Assembly: GCF_002113885.1 (NCBI RefSeq)
Contig: NW_018403450.1
Span: forward strand, 471,471 to 535,470
DNA length: 64,000 nucleotides
Source: Mizuhopecten yessoensis
Taxonomy: Eukaryota
Direction of reading: 5' to 3'
Part shown: in pieces, positions 12,401 to 27,540 of the stretch
Position numbering within the stretch: the first letter of the stretch is position 1
How the letters are laid out: each line of letters starts with the position of its first letter
Program-made: the position numbers and the translations under genes
Notes under the pieces: model-generated
The model's database searches: none
Seen by the model: only the letters and a program-made list of their open reading frames with translations
What the model was told of the DNA's origin: nothing

Positions 12401-14634
12401 GGCCTATATGTAGGTGTAATAGGTGATCTATACAAAGCCTACTCTGAATTGGACCACCAGCCTTAGGAGTTAATGACACAAAGGAGTAGAAATAGAGGAT
12501 TTTGACCCATAATGATTTATGTGTGGTCACTCTCGGCTGGCCATAGAACATTGACCTTTAAGAGAATCAGGGCTAACTAGAGCTTGTAGCAGTTAGCAGA
12601 CATCTAGGTAGAGATATATAGTACAATACCATCTCCCAGCAGGGCCTGTACTGTGAGTTTAGGACTACTTGTATCTGACTGTATGGACAAGATTATGCCT
12701 TTGGGATTGGGGGTTGATGGGAGGGGGAGGGGGGGGGGGGNTAGATGTATATGTACAGTACTTCAGTACCACCTCTAGAAAAACATCTATGTACTGTGAG
12801 ATTGCATCCAACTCGATGAGAGGTTTTGAGAAAGGGCTGTTGGGCATCTGTCTGTAGATGTACAGTACCTCTAGAAAAACAAATCATCTATGTACTGTGA
12901 TATTAGGTTCAGCGTATACGTATTACATGCATAACAAGATGAGAAGTTTCGAGAAAGAAGAAAGAAAGGGGAAGGGGGCAGTGTTTCTTCATTTTTTCTT
13001 AAAATATTATCGAGAATGATAAAAATGAACTAAATTAATTTAACTGAACTTTTTTCTAGGAAAATTTATCACCTTTTTCAATAGAATTATTGCACACACC
13101 GATCTCGTCCAGAATTTGGTTTATAACAATTACATGAAGTGAAGGTGGAATTTATACTTTGTGAACCCAAACTAGGTCACTGTAACCTATAATTGCTTGA
13201 ATCAATTTCATTATAAGAAAAGGTGATTTCCATAGCATTTTGATGGTAATATTTCAAGAAGGATCTTGAGAGGATTGTTTACAAATATGGGTTACCGTGA
13301 TCTGTATTTTGACTTATCTGACTTAGGAAAAAAAACCATATCGTTTCTGGAGCATGTTTCTCCAATGTTTTTCATGTAGAATCATCACTCACCCTGAAAA
13401 CTACTTTTCCATGAAGTGACCCAGGTTATTAAAGTATGTGCCAGGTATTTTGTTATGCTATGTAGGGATATTGCTCTCAGAGTATTCTTTTTTGCATAAT
13501 GTAAACCAGAGATTGAAATGTAGGTCACAGTGACCTAATTACCTATAACTATGCCACACTCCTCCAAAATGGTTGACTTGGGTGTAGGGTTCCTGTTTGA
13601 GAGGTCAGTTGATATTTTCAGCTGCAGCCTACTTGGTAGCAGAGTGAGAGAGTCAACAAAGCCATTACTCTGTGTCCTATCTAGTTTAGTACAAAATAAA
13701 AAACAACACCTGAGACAAATCCCGAGAGCCTCACAAACTAGTGTAGAAATATAAAACAGTTGTACATGCATTAGTGATGTCGAGATCCAGAACTAAGGTG
13801 ATAAAACTCGTCAACTTTACAACACACTAGTGAGACATTTTGATCGGCAGCATTTGAAAGACTTGTATCAAAATTTCCATTAAAAAATGAACGCGTGTTA
13901 ATTGGTATGAAAGCAATCTTAATAACTGTATATGTTTAGTTTGTTCATTCAAAGTCTTGTAAACTTAAAGACTGCCAAGTCTTTTAGTTTAAGTGATTGT
14001 TCACTGTAAATTTTTAAAGAAGTCTTGAAATTTATCAGTGTTTTTTGTATTTCTTTTCCTCACATTGAATATCTATTTTGAAAACTCAGTACATTGTTTA
14101 TGTGATCAATATCATGCTACTTGATGTGTATTTACAATCCTCTAACCACTCTGCGTAGGAGTATTTTGTTCGGTATCAACAAACTGAGTCTGCTGTAGCT
14201 AGGCCCACAATGTTGTGTACACACAGTTTGTAGGTGACCTGCTAAAGAAGGGGTCAGAGGTCACGTCACTGTACATGTTTTGCTATACATAGAACAGCTG
14301 ATCTGGTGGTGTACTCAAGTCTAAGGTGCTATTGATCTGGGTGAGACTTTGCTACCTGAACATAACACTGAAGAAGTAGGTGGATAAGGAAACAGGCATT
14401 ACTGAGCATTATTGGTACATGTTTAAATTTGAACTTGATTTGTTTTCTTTTTAATGTTATTGAAAACCCTATATGTTTTTCTTGAGTTAACCATTAAATG
14501 AGTTATTCTTAGAAGTAGATCATCATTCTATGGGGATAGAGGATGAATGTCTGTAACTGCAGGCCGACTTTCTGTTCTGGTTATTGAGGATGTATACATA
14601 TAATACCTTCAATTATACTGATAGTTTACCAACA

Positions 14635-14846
14635 TTTGTCTGTTCAGTTAGGTTTTATGTCCTATTAACGGCTATGGTCATTAAAGGAAGTGCCATGTTT
14701 TGGTGGTGGAGAAAAGCCAGAGTACATAGAGAAAAAACAGTGACCTGTGGACAATGCCTAGCTACTGCCCTATGCTATACAGGCCTCGAACTCGTGACCT
14801 ATTGGTAGAGGGCCAGAGACCACAGACGGTCATAAAGCAACCACTT
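14635..14846 (-). mobile_element. Diverged copy of the 7257-7478 SINE family
   Basis: cctattaacggctatggtcattaaaggaagtgccatgttttggtggtggag...gagaaaaa aligns to the reverse complement of the 7.3-kb SINE. Confidence 0.75.
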
Positions 14847-17800
14847 GTCTTTCTGATCATAGACGGTCATAAAGTAGCTGCCAATATGATCTCCCATAGT
14901 TTGGTTTTAGTCCATCTTTGTAAGTGTTTACATGATTGCAGTGATGATAACAAGTTTGAAGATTGACAGAATCTGGGATTCAATAAGGTAACAGGTACTT
15001 CAAATTTGATTGGTTGATGTTTTCTGGACGTAGTTAAATGTTAAATCATTATGCACACATCGCATGCAGTTTATTGTGGACTTTATGCTTTTTCATTGGA
15101 GGTTAGATTCTGAAGTTCAGTGAATGAAGAGATAAATGGTCTGGTTCTTGAAGAGATATGTCAGATGACACTTACTTTTAGGAGTCGCCTACATTGTACA
15201 GTACATGGTATCGTGTCAGAAATAATGGATTGTCTGTTCCTCAGTTATTGGGAAAATCACAGGGGTCACACAATCTCGCTAATGCATGGCCCAAAAAAAG
15301 TGAATCAAGAATCGCTAATATTGGGTTCTTAACAAAAAATGTTGTCTGGTCTTTTTGTGTAAAATGCTAAGGGGTTAAAAATAAAAGGTGAAATGTAGTA
15401 AATCTAGGGACTTTGGAATTACTCCTAACTTAAGATACTTATTATACAGATACTTAGGTTTACACCTTTGACAAGATGCAATCGGGTAGATACTGAAAAA
15501 TGGCATGATAGATCATCTGTGACCTATGACCTGTGAAAAAGATAAAGGATGTTTATGTGCGAGTGTTTGTTGATAGTCTCTGGATTACATGTTCTGTAAC
15601 GTTGGTCTGAAAACAGGTCACTGAGTGATCTCATATAAGTCTGGATTATAGCAGGGTGACAGGTGTATGAAACTTCTCAAGAGATTTAAAATGTCTTTGT
15701 TTGGGAAAGAGCTTAATAGTTATAAGTAGACTATCATATAGAAAGATTGTTATAACTTAACAGTATTGATCTTGTTATGCAATGTAGGAAGGGATCAAAC
15801 AGTTAAAGGTCAGCCTGGACAGACAAAGAGTAAACATTGATTGTCAGCTTCTTATCGGGAACATTATCCTTGTGTTTATATCGGTTTGACCTCTGACCTT
15901 GACAGCTTTCAAACAATACACCAATGTACATGTATAATTATCTACACAACATATACACACTTGTAATGTGTATTATTTATGTGTATACAATGGTGTTGCT
16001 GGTAATATACTGTATGTTCTCAGACCTTCGGCTCTGCTCAGCTCCATTGTAACACACATGTTGTAGCATTGTAAATACATTATTCTCTTCAAATGAAAGA
16101 CAACCCAAAAGTTATTTATGGGAATTTCATTGCTTTCCTGTAGATGAAATTATTAACAAAAAAACAAATCAAGATCTTTTTCTTGTTTAAAAGTTTAAGA
16201 TATTCTTGGGTCAGATATTTTTTGCCTATTGTAAGACAACAGAACATGGATTTCAGGGGCATATCATTTACAGTCATAATACATATTTAATTTAAAACAA
16301 AAAAAAAGTGAAGCTTAAAAATAGAGGTCATAAAATGCTTTCAAACTAGTCTTTCATCAATATATTTAGCTATCAAGAAATGAAAGGGATGACTGGTTTG
16401 TACTGAAATTCTAGAATATTATTATTTTATTTGCTGTACACAGATAATAGTTGTGAGTGGATTTATCTTTCGTCAAGTTATCAAAGTCAAACCCTTTGGG
16501 AAGGGAGGCAACCAACATGTCATGTTATAACAAAAAACTAAATATAGATATCAAGTTATATTGAGTTTAATACATGCTGAAATGAATGTCAGAAGAAACT
16601 TTTACAGAGTCTAACATAATTCCTTCTATCTTTGTCAGTGAACGACAAATTTGTCAACATATACAACAATGCCACGATCGGCAGGTTTAATGAGGGGGAA
16701 GGGTCCTTTAATTGTTTCAGCAGGTGCCTGTATAAGTCAAATATGGTAGGCCTAACATTTGTTTGATCCAGGAAATGAGTAAGAAACAGGTCTTAAGAAA
16801 ATTCATTCAAATTGAAAAGGTTGGTTTGGAAACAAAGTTTGTTATTAGGACGTATTATTTCAGAGAAACAATTTAGCTTTGTTGGAGTTCTCTGTCTGAC
16901 TTAATTAGTGAAAAGTCTCAACCCATGGAATTCTTTCGTAATTAAAAAAAGAAAGTGTGAGTTATATCTTACGCTGTTGTTGCATCATTTTAGAAAAGGT
17001 TTAAAGTTGTTGGTGATGTTCACTGATGATCAATACTGGTGTGGCCAGCTACGTCGATCATCACCATCATGTCTACCACCAGAAACAAACCGTATCTTTT
17101 ATATATATATATATGATCAGCTTGTATTGCCCTACATATCTGCCTCGAAAACATCATCGATTATTTTGACAATTTTCAGGAGAATTTAAAAACAATTTTC
17201 TTCAAAGTTAACAGATTCAATCTGTAGTTGAAATGGAATTCATTATTTACTCTCCAAAAATAGTATAATGTATGTGGCATCATGGTTACTGAAGTATTCT
17301 GAGCAGTTAAAATATGTATCTGAAAATTGATCTATGAAAGAACTATTAAAAACAAGCCATATTTACATGTTACCTAAATGTGCTAGGAAACCTGCATCAC
17401 TGCAACAATTCTGTGCTATTTTGTGATTACCCAAAAAAGCTTTATCATTATTTTGCTGTTGATGATGAGGACATGGACTAAAAGCAGTATCAGAATGTGT
17501 TGTCAACCATGCTTCAACAGCAGATGGCTACACCTGACCAAATGAATGCCTGCAGTAGCCCCACCCCCCAACCACACACACACCTTTTTAATTTCCAATA
17601 CTGTATGATATAAATTCATGAGTTGTTATGGAACACAAATTAAAAGGAAAAGCTTTAAAATTTGTTCATGGTCCACATGGTTATGGGGTCAAGTTATTAT
17701 TTATATTTTAAAACGTGTCCACGTGATACTAGTGTGTGATGACATTTGATCATCATGTAATATGATTGAACACTCCACTGTTGTACCGTAGAGTTAAGGT

Positions 17801-17985
17801 ATAACCTTGAGACCTGTATACATGTATCACTGTAGACAAACAAATCTGTTGTACTGAAGGAGTTCAAGGATACACAGATTTATGGAGTATCTAAACAATA
17901 TGTCACGCGGTTTTAATCCTGAAGTTATGAAAGGTTTTAAATATGTATAGTATGGCCATATCTGTTACATAGCGATACGCTCACC

Positions 17986-18120
17986 TGTCAGGTAAATTAT
18001 AGACATGTAGGTTTAAGTGACTTAAGTATTTGTCAGGGAAATTATAGGCTAGTAGGTTTAAGTGACTTAAGTATTTGTCAGGGAAAATATAGACATGTAG
18101 GTTTAAGTAACTTTAGTATT
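17986..18120 (+). repeat. 45-bp tandem repeat, 3 copies
   Basis: Units of tgtcagggaaattatagacatgtaggtttaagtgacttaagtatt. Confidence 0.85.
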
Positions 18121-19215
18121 AAGATATAGATATTTAACATTTAGTTAAAGTCAGAGGTTGGTTGATGTTAGGAGGTTGACCTATTTGATACCTATATTTA
18201 AATTGATACTTAGCAGTATCTACAGTTACTAGCTCTGTTAATGTACTCCAATCATTGGTAATGATCCAGAATACAGCATATTTACAAGATTCAAGTAGAG
18301 TTTGAGGATATGTATTTCGCTTAATTTAGAATGAATGTTTCAGATGAGGACATTGACCAATTTGATACCTGTATTTACAATCCATGGACTCAGCGTTACT
18401 CGTGTTCAAACTATTGATAATGATTCAGGATCTAGTTATATTGAGTGATAGGTGGTAATGAACTGATGATGATAGTTTGGTGAATATCAATTGTTGTTAT
18501 TACATAATGTAGTTGTGCCGAGGAAATGAACCCTGGTGTGACCTCACTGATTTATATGACTGACAGGTCTTTAAGTTGCATCTGTGACCTGTTCTGCTGG
18601 TCAGATTTTATACAGCTTCTGGTACATCCTGGAAGGATTTCAAAACAGTCCGGCAGACTGTCACAGCCTGGAATTAAAGACCACATAGGATCAACAACCA
18701 TTATATTTAACTTCCTTACCCATTCCCCCTTACACAAGGTGTAAGTTTAAATCTGGAATGAGATAATCTACCTGTCAGTCTTAAGATACAGTATTGTCCA
18801 CATGCAGTGGCCGCTTTGACCAATTTCAAATGAAACATTGTAATCATCTTACTCTTCATATACTGTTGAGTATACTGGTACCACAAGTCTATACTATTTT
18901 GAATTACATGTACCTGGTATTAAAAAAATGACTAACTATTTTGATCACTTGGCCGTCTGATTCTAGATTATAAAGTTTCAAACTAGGGGAAAATAAAAGC
19001 TAGTAGAAAAATGCCAGCCTAACAGTTGAGTGAGTGGTGGCCAGTGGAAACTATAGGGAGTTGTCATATCAAATATAATCATAAAACATCTTACTTCAGC
19101 TTTATGATCATATGAGAGAAATCAGAGGAATACTAAGCTCAGCATTTATTGTGTCCTTATTGCATCACTTTACTTATGACTTCCAAATCATTGAACTGTA
19201 CTATTAAAGCCTTAA

Positions 19216-19298
19216 CTCATTCACCCCTGAAATTTCATAATGAACTACTCCAACCTTTGAATTGGAAGAGTTAAAATGTGTCTTTAGGGGTGCATGAG
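19216..19298. mobile_element. 83-bp TTAA-flanked micro-MITE (piggyBac-like)
   Basis: TTAA|CTCATTCACCCCT...AGGGGTGCATGAG|TTAA. Confidence 0.75.
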
Positions 19299-21265
19299 TT
19301 AACCTAGACGTCCTACCTGTCTCTTTATTGAGCAGGCTCCATATCCTGTTCATGTACAGTTGCTTCGTAGCCTTTCCCAATGATTGCTGCCTACACAGAC
19401 CTGTCAGAATTACTAATATCCTCTGTTTCAAATAGGGACATATCTGATACAAGTGCAGAAAGGTATTGTGGTAAGATATACATGCACATCCTACAATTGT
19501 ATGGATCACACGAGCACAGAGATATTACAATATTACAGACCTCATGGCTTATACACAACACTTTACTGTGTCAAGTGAGTACCATAGACAAACAATGCCA
19601 ATTTTATTCCCAGTTTATTCTCGATTGTAAAAAATAATTATCATCAGACTTTTAGAAGATGTATATAGGTCTGTTTCATTGTAATATACAACTAAGGGGT
19701 ACTTTAATTGAGAATTTCCAGTTAAGGCTTTATGCCCCATATTTATTCTATACCTCACTATTACTTGAATCTCCTTTCTAAAAGATTTCAAACTTAGGAA
19801 ACGTATGAAATATATATAAGTAATAAAAGTAATTTGAATTCAGTGGTTAATTAATTGTATTAATGACAAATAGTTGCATTTCCTTATTCCAGTAATGTTA
19901 TTAGGGGAGATAATCCATATCACAAAAATTACAGCTTTGGTGTGTAAAAAGGACCTTAGGTAGTTATTGTATAATTATGATGTTTTGTCATGCTTATTAG
20001 ATGTTTTTGGGTGTGCTGTCATGGCTACATAATTGACTATAAACAGTTGTGTTGCCATGTTTTATAAATGTGTATAGGTGTGTTGTCATGGTTATAAAGT
20101 TGCATACAGACTTGTTGCCATGGTGACAGTCACATGTATACAGGTGTGATGTCGTGGCTTACAAATGCATACAGGTGTGACACTGTCTATTGTTGTGTTA
20201 TTCAGTAAAAGCCTCTCCATAGGTGTCGGTGTAGGTATGAAGTCATCTGTATATTATCACACGCAGGTCATTATACTCAATGTGTATATACTTCTGATAG
20301 TGAATAATTTACGCACTGTTGTATTAAAACTACAATATTGAGTGCCATTATACCGTTGGCTTTGAAAATCTCACAAAATATTTATATTGCCAGGTAAAAT
20401 GGTCGCACATTTACTTTGCACCTGGTAAACTTTGATGTACAGGAAATAGGGTTAGGTTGTACGTGTATGCTGTATGACAATTAAAAACGCTCTAAAAAAT
20501 GTGGGTCAATGCAGCCATATGATATAAAGAAGTTGGCACAGTGCAGGTATTGTCATTGATCTTGTGTTCTAGTGGAACACTTTACACCATTTTACATAAT
20601 TTTCTTCTGTAATTTGTGTCAAAATCATTCAAATTTATTCTCAATTCGATATCTCATGAATTATTTCATCCTTGTGCATATAGCTTCTCTAATTTTTTGT
20701 CGTGTGAATTGGTGTTAAATTCTCTCGAATTGCTTCCCCACTATCTTCATGTCATAGATCTGAGTATCAACCTTATGAGGATGGCTTCTGCAAATTGTCA
20801 ATACTTTAGATCTGTTGTCAACCTTGTACAGATTGCTTCTCTAAATCATTTTCATGTGAGTTGGTGTCAAAGTCTTTTAGAATGAATGCTTTTCTGAATC
20901 TGCCATGTTTGAAATTGGTAACAATCCTGGGTGGGTAATGCTTCTCTACGTTGTTTCTCTTACAAAGTTGTGTTAAAGTCATGTAGATTCTTTCTCTTTA
21001 TCTTCGTCTTATTTGTGAATTGGTGTCTTTTTCTCTTGGATTCCTTCTCTAAAATGTTGTCATGTAATTTGGTGTTTACATCTTCCTTATGTGTTTCTAA
21101 ATTCTCATCTATTGCAATTTGCTTTACTTAATTGATATTGGTGATTAATTGTAGTTATTGAAAGTCCTAGTTTGTCTTGTGAGCTAGTCTGAATTTCTCT
21201 CAAAATCCTCAAATTGTTGTCTGTCTTACTTGAACAATATGTGCATGTCTTTTATTTTCCTTTAG

Positions 21266-21300
21266 CCCTTTCACCACTGTAGACCATAATGGAGTCACAT
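21266..21300. mobile_element. Truncated copy of the TTAA micro-MITE
   Basis: ccctttcaccactgtagaccataatggagtca is the reverse complement of the right end of the 44379-44461 copy. Confidence 0.7.
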
Positions 21301-21311
21301 CCACATATCAC

Positions 21312-21695
21312 ATGATATCTTCAACATAAACAAGCCAAGTACAGTGATTTGATTTTGTTACTTGTCTAAAACCATTTTATTCACTCTGGGAAGTATAATA
21401 TCTTAGGCATAAACAATCTAAAAGTACAGTTGATTTTGTTACTTGTCTAAAACCATTTTATTCACTCTGGGAATTATAATATCTTAGGCATAAACAAGCT
21501 AAAAGTAAAGTTGATTTTGTTACTTGTCTAAAACCATTTTATTAACTCTGGGAAGTATAATATCTTAGGCATGAACAAGCTAAAAGTACAGTTGATTTTG
21601 TTACTTGTCTAAAACTATTTTATTAGCTGTGGGAGATATGATTTGCTGCGCCACTGAACAAGCTGAGTACAGTGAGTTGTGTGTCTAAAACCAAA
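21312..21695 (+). repeat. 81-bp tandem repeat, about 4.5 copies
   Basis: gattttgttacttgtctaaaac recurs at 21351, 21432, 21513 and 21594. Confidence 0.9.
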
Positions 21696-24600
21696 CAAGA
21701 ATGTGTGCTTAAGAAACGCTTCACTTACTCGGAAATATATTACGAGATGATGGTAATTATCTTTTTATGGAAGATTAAAATCCACCCTAATCTAGGTATA
21801 ATGTTTCAGGCAGATTTAAACATGAATTGCCCTATGGAAATGTAATTGGCAGCTTTAAATGCATCTAATTTATGAGGAAAATAAACATTAATTTCCATCA
21901 AATCTACATTATTAAATGAATTAGATGTATTAAAATATCATTGCATTTAAATGTCATGCAGCCTTGCAACACTCAAGGTAACTTTATGTCACACAAACAA
22001 GCGTCAACGTTAAAGACGAGGGATTCCATGGACACCAACCTTAAAGAATTAAATGCATTTGCTGCGAGTATTTATCCTGCAATATGCCCAGGGGGCACAC
22101 ACAATCAATTTCAACTCAGTGTAAGGGGGTGGGCTTATTGCAGGACAATGAAATAACACTTTTTAGAATTTCTGCTGAACTATTTTTGACATGTGTGAGT
22201 TATCATCCAGGAACATGGGACTGCATTGCGGGATAGATACAGTGTAGTTAAGGTAGATTTTAATCATAATTATAATCACTAGACAGATACACCAGATCAC
22301 TGACCTTGACAAGGCTCAGCCTACAGATTACTGACCTTGACAAGGCTCAGCCTACGGTTTGTCACAACAAAATTGTCAACGGAGCAGAAATAATGGGGAA
22401 TCTGGCCTGAAGACAAGCTGCATGCTGGCTTTACACCTTTCCATCACATGGGCACACAATGAACTAGAGGGATATCAATTGTCTTGATTTGTCTGATATT
22501 CAGGGAATGAAATGCGTGATATTAATATCATATTGACTGGAATATCACCATGCATTGTGATTCTGTTCTAGAGGTGCTGTACACTTGAGCTCTCCCAGCT
22601 GATAATTGCTCTGACGCAGTTTACAGTACTATTGACAATCCCAAGGATGATGTAGTGAGGAATTCCTGGTATAAGTTGTGGCCAGCATATCATTGGTAAT
22701 CACACCAACAGCAGTGTTTTAGACTACTCACAATGCAGGACATGGAAATTTCAACCTATATTGGATAAATGGTGTGGTAGAAATTGAGTGAACGTGTTGG
22801 CGCGGCTGGAACACCAGGTAGACTTGTTAACGTAGATTGATTACATGTAATAGGTAGACATTGATTTTATAATACACTAGGACAACCGTGTGGAGGTAGC
22901 ATACATTTTGTACATGACATTTTGTTATAGTCTGTCATGAAACACAATCGGCCTGGACAGGGTTTGATTTACAAAATCACCTATGATGTATGGAAAGTGA
23001 CACATCTGAATTTTGATTGATAATAAGATTGAATGTATCTCCTTCAAAATTTTAACATATATGGTGACATTCCTTTTCATTTAGTTAAGTTTTGATTTAT
23101 CTTTTTTCTAAGATTGGGTCTACTTGACATTTACAGTTCCAGCATGGAATGTCCAATTAGTGTAAGGTGACAGCATAGGTTGTCAATGTTTAAGTATAGA
23201 TATTGAAAATTTTAAAGAATAACACATTTTATGTGTTTTCTCAGTGCTATTGGACAGGGCTGATCTCTCTCCATAGGCTGCTATAAAGATGTTAAATCCT
23301 CTATCTAGTGATAAGATGGCAAGGAGCCCGTATTAAGGAAACCGTTCTCTTGTTCAAACTCAGATGCTGTGCTGATAAGCACAATTTCTTGTTGCAGTGA
23401 TAAAGTGAAAGAACTTCACATTTTGTCAATGATTTTAAAGAATTTTGGGGAGACTTGAAGCCGAAATTGGTTTCAGTATTTAATCTTGACTTTTTCCGTG
23501 TTAGATAATTGAAGAGAGTAACAAGAAAGAAGGTTTGAGTGCAAAATCAATGCTTGAGCATGAGAACAGTTTCATAAATATGCTGGCCCAGGTTTGACCC
23601 CTATTGCCTTTAAGGTGATCGGGATCCTGTCCTGGTACAAACTGTAGTGGTTGCTGACCTTATAAGTACAGCAGTGTGCACTAATTGGTAAGGGGATACC
23701 CAATTAAGGGCTTTAGATTGCATGTAGCTTATGGATCAAATATTTAGAAAATAACAGTAAAAGAGGGTGGTTTAACTGAACTTTCATTTATTGTCCCCTA
23801 ATACTGTATACAAGGAAACGTAGGTCACCCTTTCTGATAAAATCCATGTTTTCCCAGTGTTAATTTCGCCCGTCACTTTTAATTACTATATATTTCATGT
23901 TGTGTACTTTAATTTTGGCAAAAAATTTGCCAGTATACAGAATACTATTGGAGGGATCGACTGTAGGTTTGGATTGCCATCAGTCCTTTTATTGCGTAAT
24001 TGTGATTTTTCCATGCTTCCCTTTGTCTATGGCATAATCGCACTTACTATGTCGCCCACAATTGTCAAATTGACTGAAAAGATATATATATATTTTAGGA
24101 TGAGGGAAATTGGGTCCTGCCCCATTAAAAGCAGAGTTATTGCCCTTTGTTCATTTTGAAAACGAAAGCTTGTCCAAAGGTAGGAGACAGATTTGTTAAA
24201 GATACTCTGCCTTGTTTATTTTATTCACAATATGTGGTGATAAGGTATATGTAGCTTGATTAGTGAAAAACACCCACTAACTGAGTTTGAAGGAACATGG
24301 ACGAATCTGGCAGAACTCATCCAGAGTTTGGGGATACATATGTACAAGCACAGATCCCAGCCTGGCCGTTACCTTTTTACTGTCTAGTTAACTTAAACAG
24401 GCTCCATTTCTATCCAATATCTAATCTACAGGCTTGTGACCAGTGTGTAAGTTAAAAGACTCCGTGTTTACTAGAAAGTGGTGAGGAGATATGCAGCTCT
24501 TAAACCAATAGATAGCTAGCCAGACTGGCAATGTAAAATGTATACACATGTATACCTATTAGAAAACAGCAGATCTGGACTAACAACAAGACATTTATAG

Positions 24601-25915
24601 GAGCTGGACTATAGGGTGCAGAAAATACATGTTTAAGCTGTGGATTATAGATCTGTGTGGTCTACAATATCTATAGAGAATACGAGGCAAGCATATTAAT
24701 GTGTGATACACAGAGGTCTCTGTTAAAATGAGTCAGGATTGGTAAGCACAAAACTGGTCAGTAGGCATCTTATTGAATCTAGTTCTAATGATGAGGTATC
24801 AGATATCATTGGTTTTGTATTCTTTAAGATCTAATGGACAGTCAATATACCAGCACTTAATTCTAAAAGAGAATTAAAAAAAAAAAGGTTAATATCATTG
24901 GGGAATTCTGTTCTAACACTAAGTTTTAAATGTTACTTCAGGTACCCTTGCAAGTGTAATTTGCGAGTTTTTTCAAAAGCTGAAGGACAGATACATGCAT
25001 GCATGCTTTATTTCACAATGATAAGCTATTACATGAGGTGTTGATCAGTGTAAAATAACTTGATAGAATATGGCTGCAACAGTTGTTTGTGAAAAGCAGT
25101 CAAAAAACTATTGCTTTTTAATACTGGACCATATATGTATATGTGTTTGCCTTTCACTGCAAACTTATAATTTAAGTATTCAACTGTATTCTGTTCTTTA
25201 ATGCATTATTGGATTGATCACAATCCTGTTTAGAGTTTATAGAACTTTAACTCGGGCCAGTTTATAGAACTTTAACTCGGGCCAGAATGAAGTTCAGTAT
25301 TTGCTTGTATACTTTTCATTAATTTTCACAATAAAATGATATTTGAATTTCAAATTTCATTTGTAAAGTTTAAGGTTTATTTTCAATAAATGGAACAGCC
25401 TCAGTATAAGCCAGCTATCTCCGTCATGATTACAATGTCACAGTTGTGTCACGATCACCACTACAAAGTGAATTTACGGCCTCGTAAATCACAAGTGACT
25501 TTGGTAGGTTTATACAAGAGCTATATCAAATGCAGAGCATAGATATGTTAATGTAGTTTCATCAGAACACCCAACTAAATAAAAATGTTGTAGTCTAGCA
25601 AAAGATTTAAGCAAACCCTCCTTATGCGTACTTCTTCACTAAAAGGTTGAACATAATTAGGCATGCACTTATTGTTTTGCCTTATTTTACAGCTGTTTAC
25701 ACTATACAAGCTGATTTCCTAGCAAAAAGACATCCGATTTCCCCAACATAAAGAAAATAAGAATATCCTGTCAATTTCAATAGAAATATTTCTATATTTT
25801 GCCAATTCATGTAGGGATGAAGACGGATGAAAAATTTAGGGAGATAAAAACAGTGAAAGTGTAGCACTGAGTGTTTGTCACTGATGGCAGTGGACAACTC
25901 AGTAGTAAAGATTAA

Positions 25916-26262
25916 TAGAATCTTACATGGGTCTGTTCCGTGGACAGGGATATCTCAACCCGAGTGATAGAGTTTGGCTGGTCAGCAAGAGGCTTGATTA
26001 TTTTTATCACATACTTACAAATAAACAAATTCCAGTCGGAATAAACATTGATTTAACTCTTCCACCCAAATCCCAAACCCCAATGATTCCCCATTCACAA
26101 CAATTGTATGACATCACAGAAACAATACAATGACGTCACGTTAACAATTCATTATCATGACGTCATAGTGTGTGTCAGCTGTCTTTTCCTACCCCGTGTG
26201 AGATAGAGTTATCTCTTCCCTTGCAACAATGGGATCATACTGTGAAGTATGTGAGATAATCT
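25916..26262. mobile_element. Unclassified interspersed DNA repeat; related fragments at about 33690-33830 and 35940-36030
   Basis: The three places share a motif of the form GAATCTT-CATG...AGGGA(T/A)AT-TCA-CCGAG...GAGGCTT. This copy has an internal inverted pair ttatcacatactt / aagtatgtgagataa. Confidence 0.45.
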
Positions 26263-27540
26263 AGTTATTTGTGACAGTTCATCCACATAGCTAGGCTGCT
26301 AGCACTGCCTTAATTTATGTTTATACGTGTTCATTGGGGGCCAAATTAAAGCAGTGCTTCATATTCTACATGCCTCCCATGTGCGATGGTACTAGGAGAT
26401 TTGTAAGTGGAAGACCTCGTGATAAATCTAATGAATGGTAAAGGACATGGTTAGCATGTCTCCCCTTGCTCCACTTGATCTCAGGAGTGTCTGGTACCAG
26501 TGTCACAAATATACGGTAAACATTTCTACAGACAATTGTCTTCCTGGAAAGGCACCTTCAAAAGTTCACATGTTTGGTGTACTGCTGGTAATTCAAATTT
26601 CAAGTGGTTTCACTTTCTGACATTGCATGTAGAACAAGGACACAAAGAACGTAGATTCCTCCCCTGCGAAATGATTATGAATAATTCATGAAACTTCATG
26701 AACAGTTCATGAAATATTCATGAATAATATTCATGAATGTTCTTGATTTGTTCATGAATATTTTCATGAAATTCATGAACTTAAAACTTCATGAATAATC
26801 TTGAGCAAAATATTTCATGAAAATTCATGAATATAAATTCATGAATATTCATGAATATTCATGAATGTAAAATCATGAACTTTCATGAATATAAAATCAT
26901 GAATATTCATGAATATATGAATTCATGAACATTCATGAAAAATGGCAACAATTCATGAATGTTCATGAATGTTCATGAAGAAAACGTCCCATTTTAAGTT
27001 CATGAATTGAAAATGCTTGAAATATTCATGAACATTCATGAACATGTACAAATTACCACATTTCATGAACTTTCATGAAAGTTCATGAAAGTCTAATACC
27101 ATATGAAAATAAACAATGGAATTCCACTTGGATACCAGAGGAAATACCACTGGATTCCACCAGCAATTTGACCTGGAATTTGTGGCCAAATTGCCCAGTG
27201 GATTCCAGTGGTATTTCCACTGAAATACCTAGCCAGTGGTCACTGAAATTCAAATTGGAATCACTTATATGAAGATAACAATAATAATGGACATTCAATA
27301 GATTCTGAATTTACAGTTATGACGGTATATATAATCATTCATGCTGTGTTTAAAGTTAGAAATAATGCAAGTAACGTCACAAATATCTTTTAAACATGAA
27401 AAAATGACAGTTGAATAACATATATATTTGCAAAAGTTTTTACTGCTACATATTTAGCATTGTTAAATATGAAATATGGATGCATGGTTCACATATGGTC
27501 TGTGTGGTTTCAAGAATATGATACAGCTGACATTATTAGG

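Noticed and set aside
12715-12745. Poly-G run with an N, giving poly-Gly/Pro ORFs
   Set aside because: Low-complexity sequence with an ambiguous base; not coding evidence.
24060-24180. AGAGTTATTGCCCTTTG motif (also near 46710) suggesting Helentron-associated repeats
   Set aside because: Only short fragments are visible and their boundaries cannot be defined.
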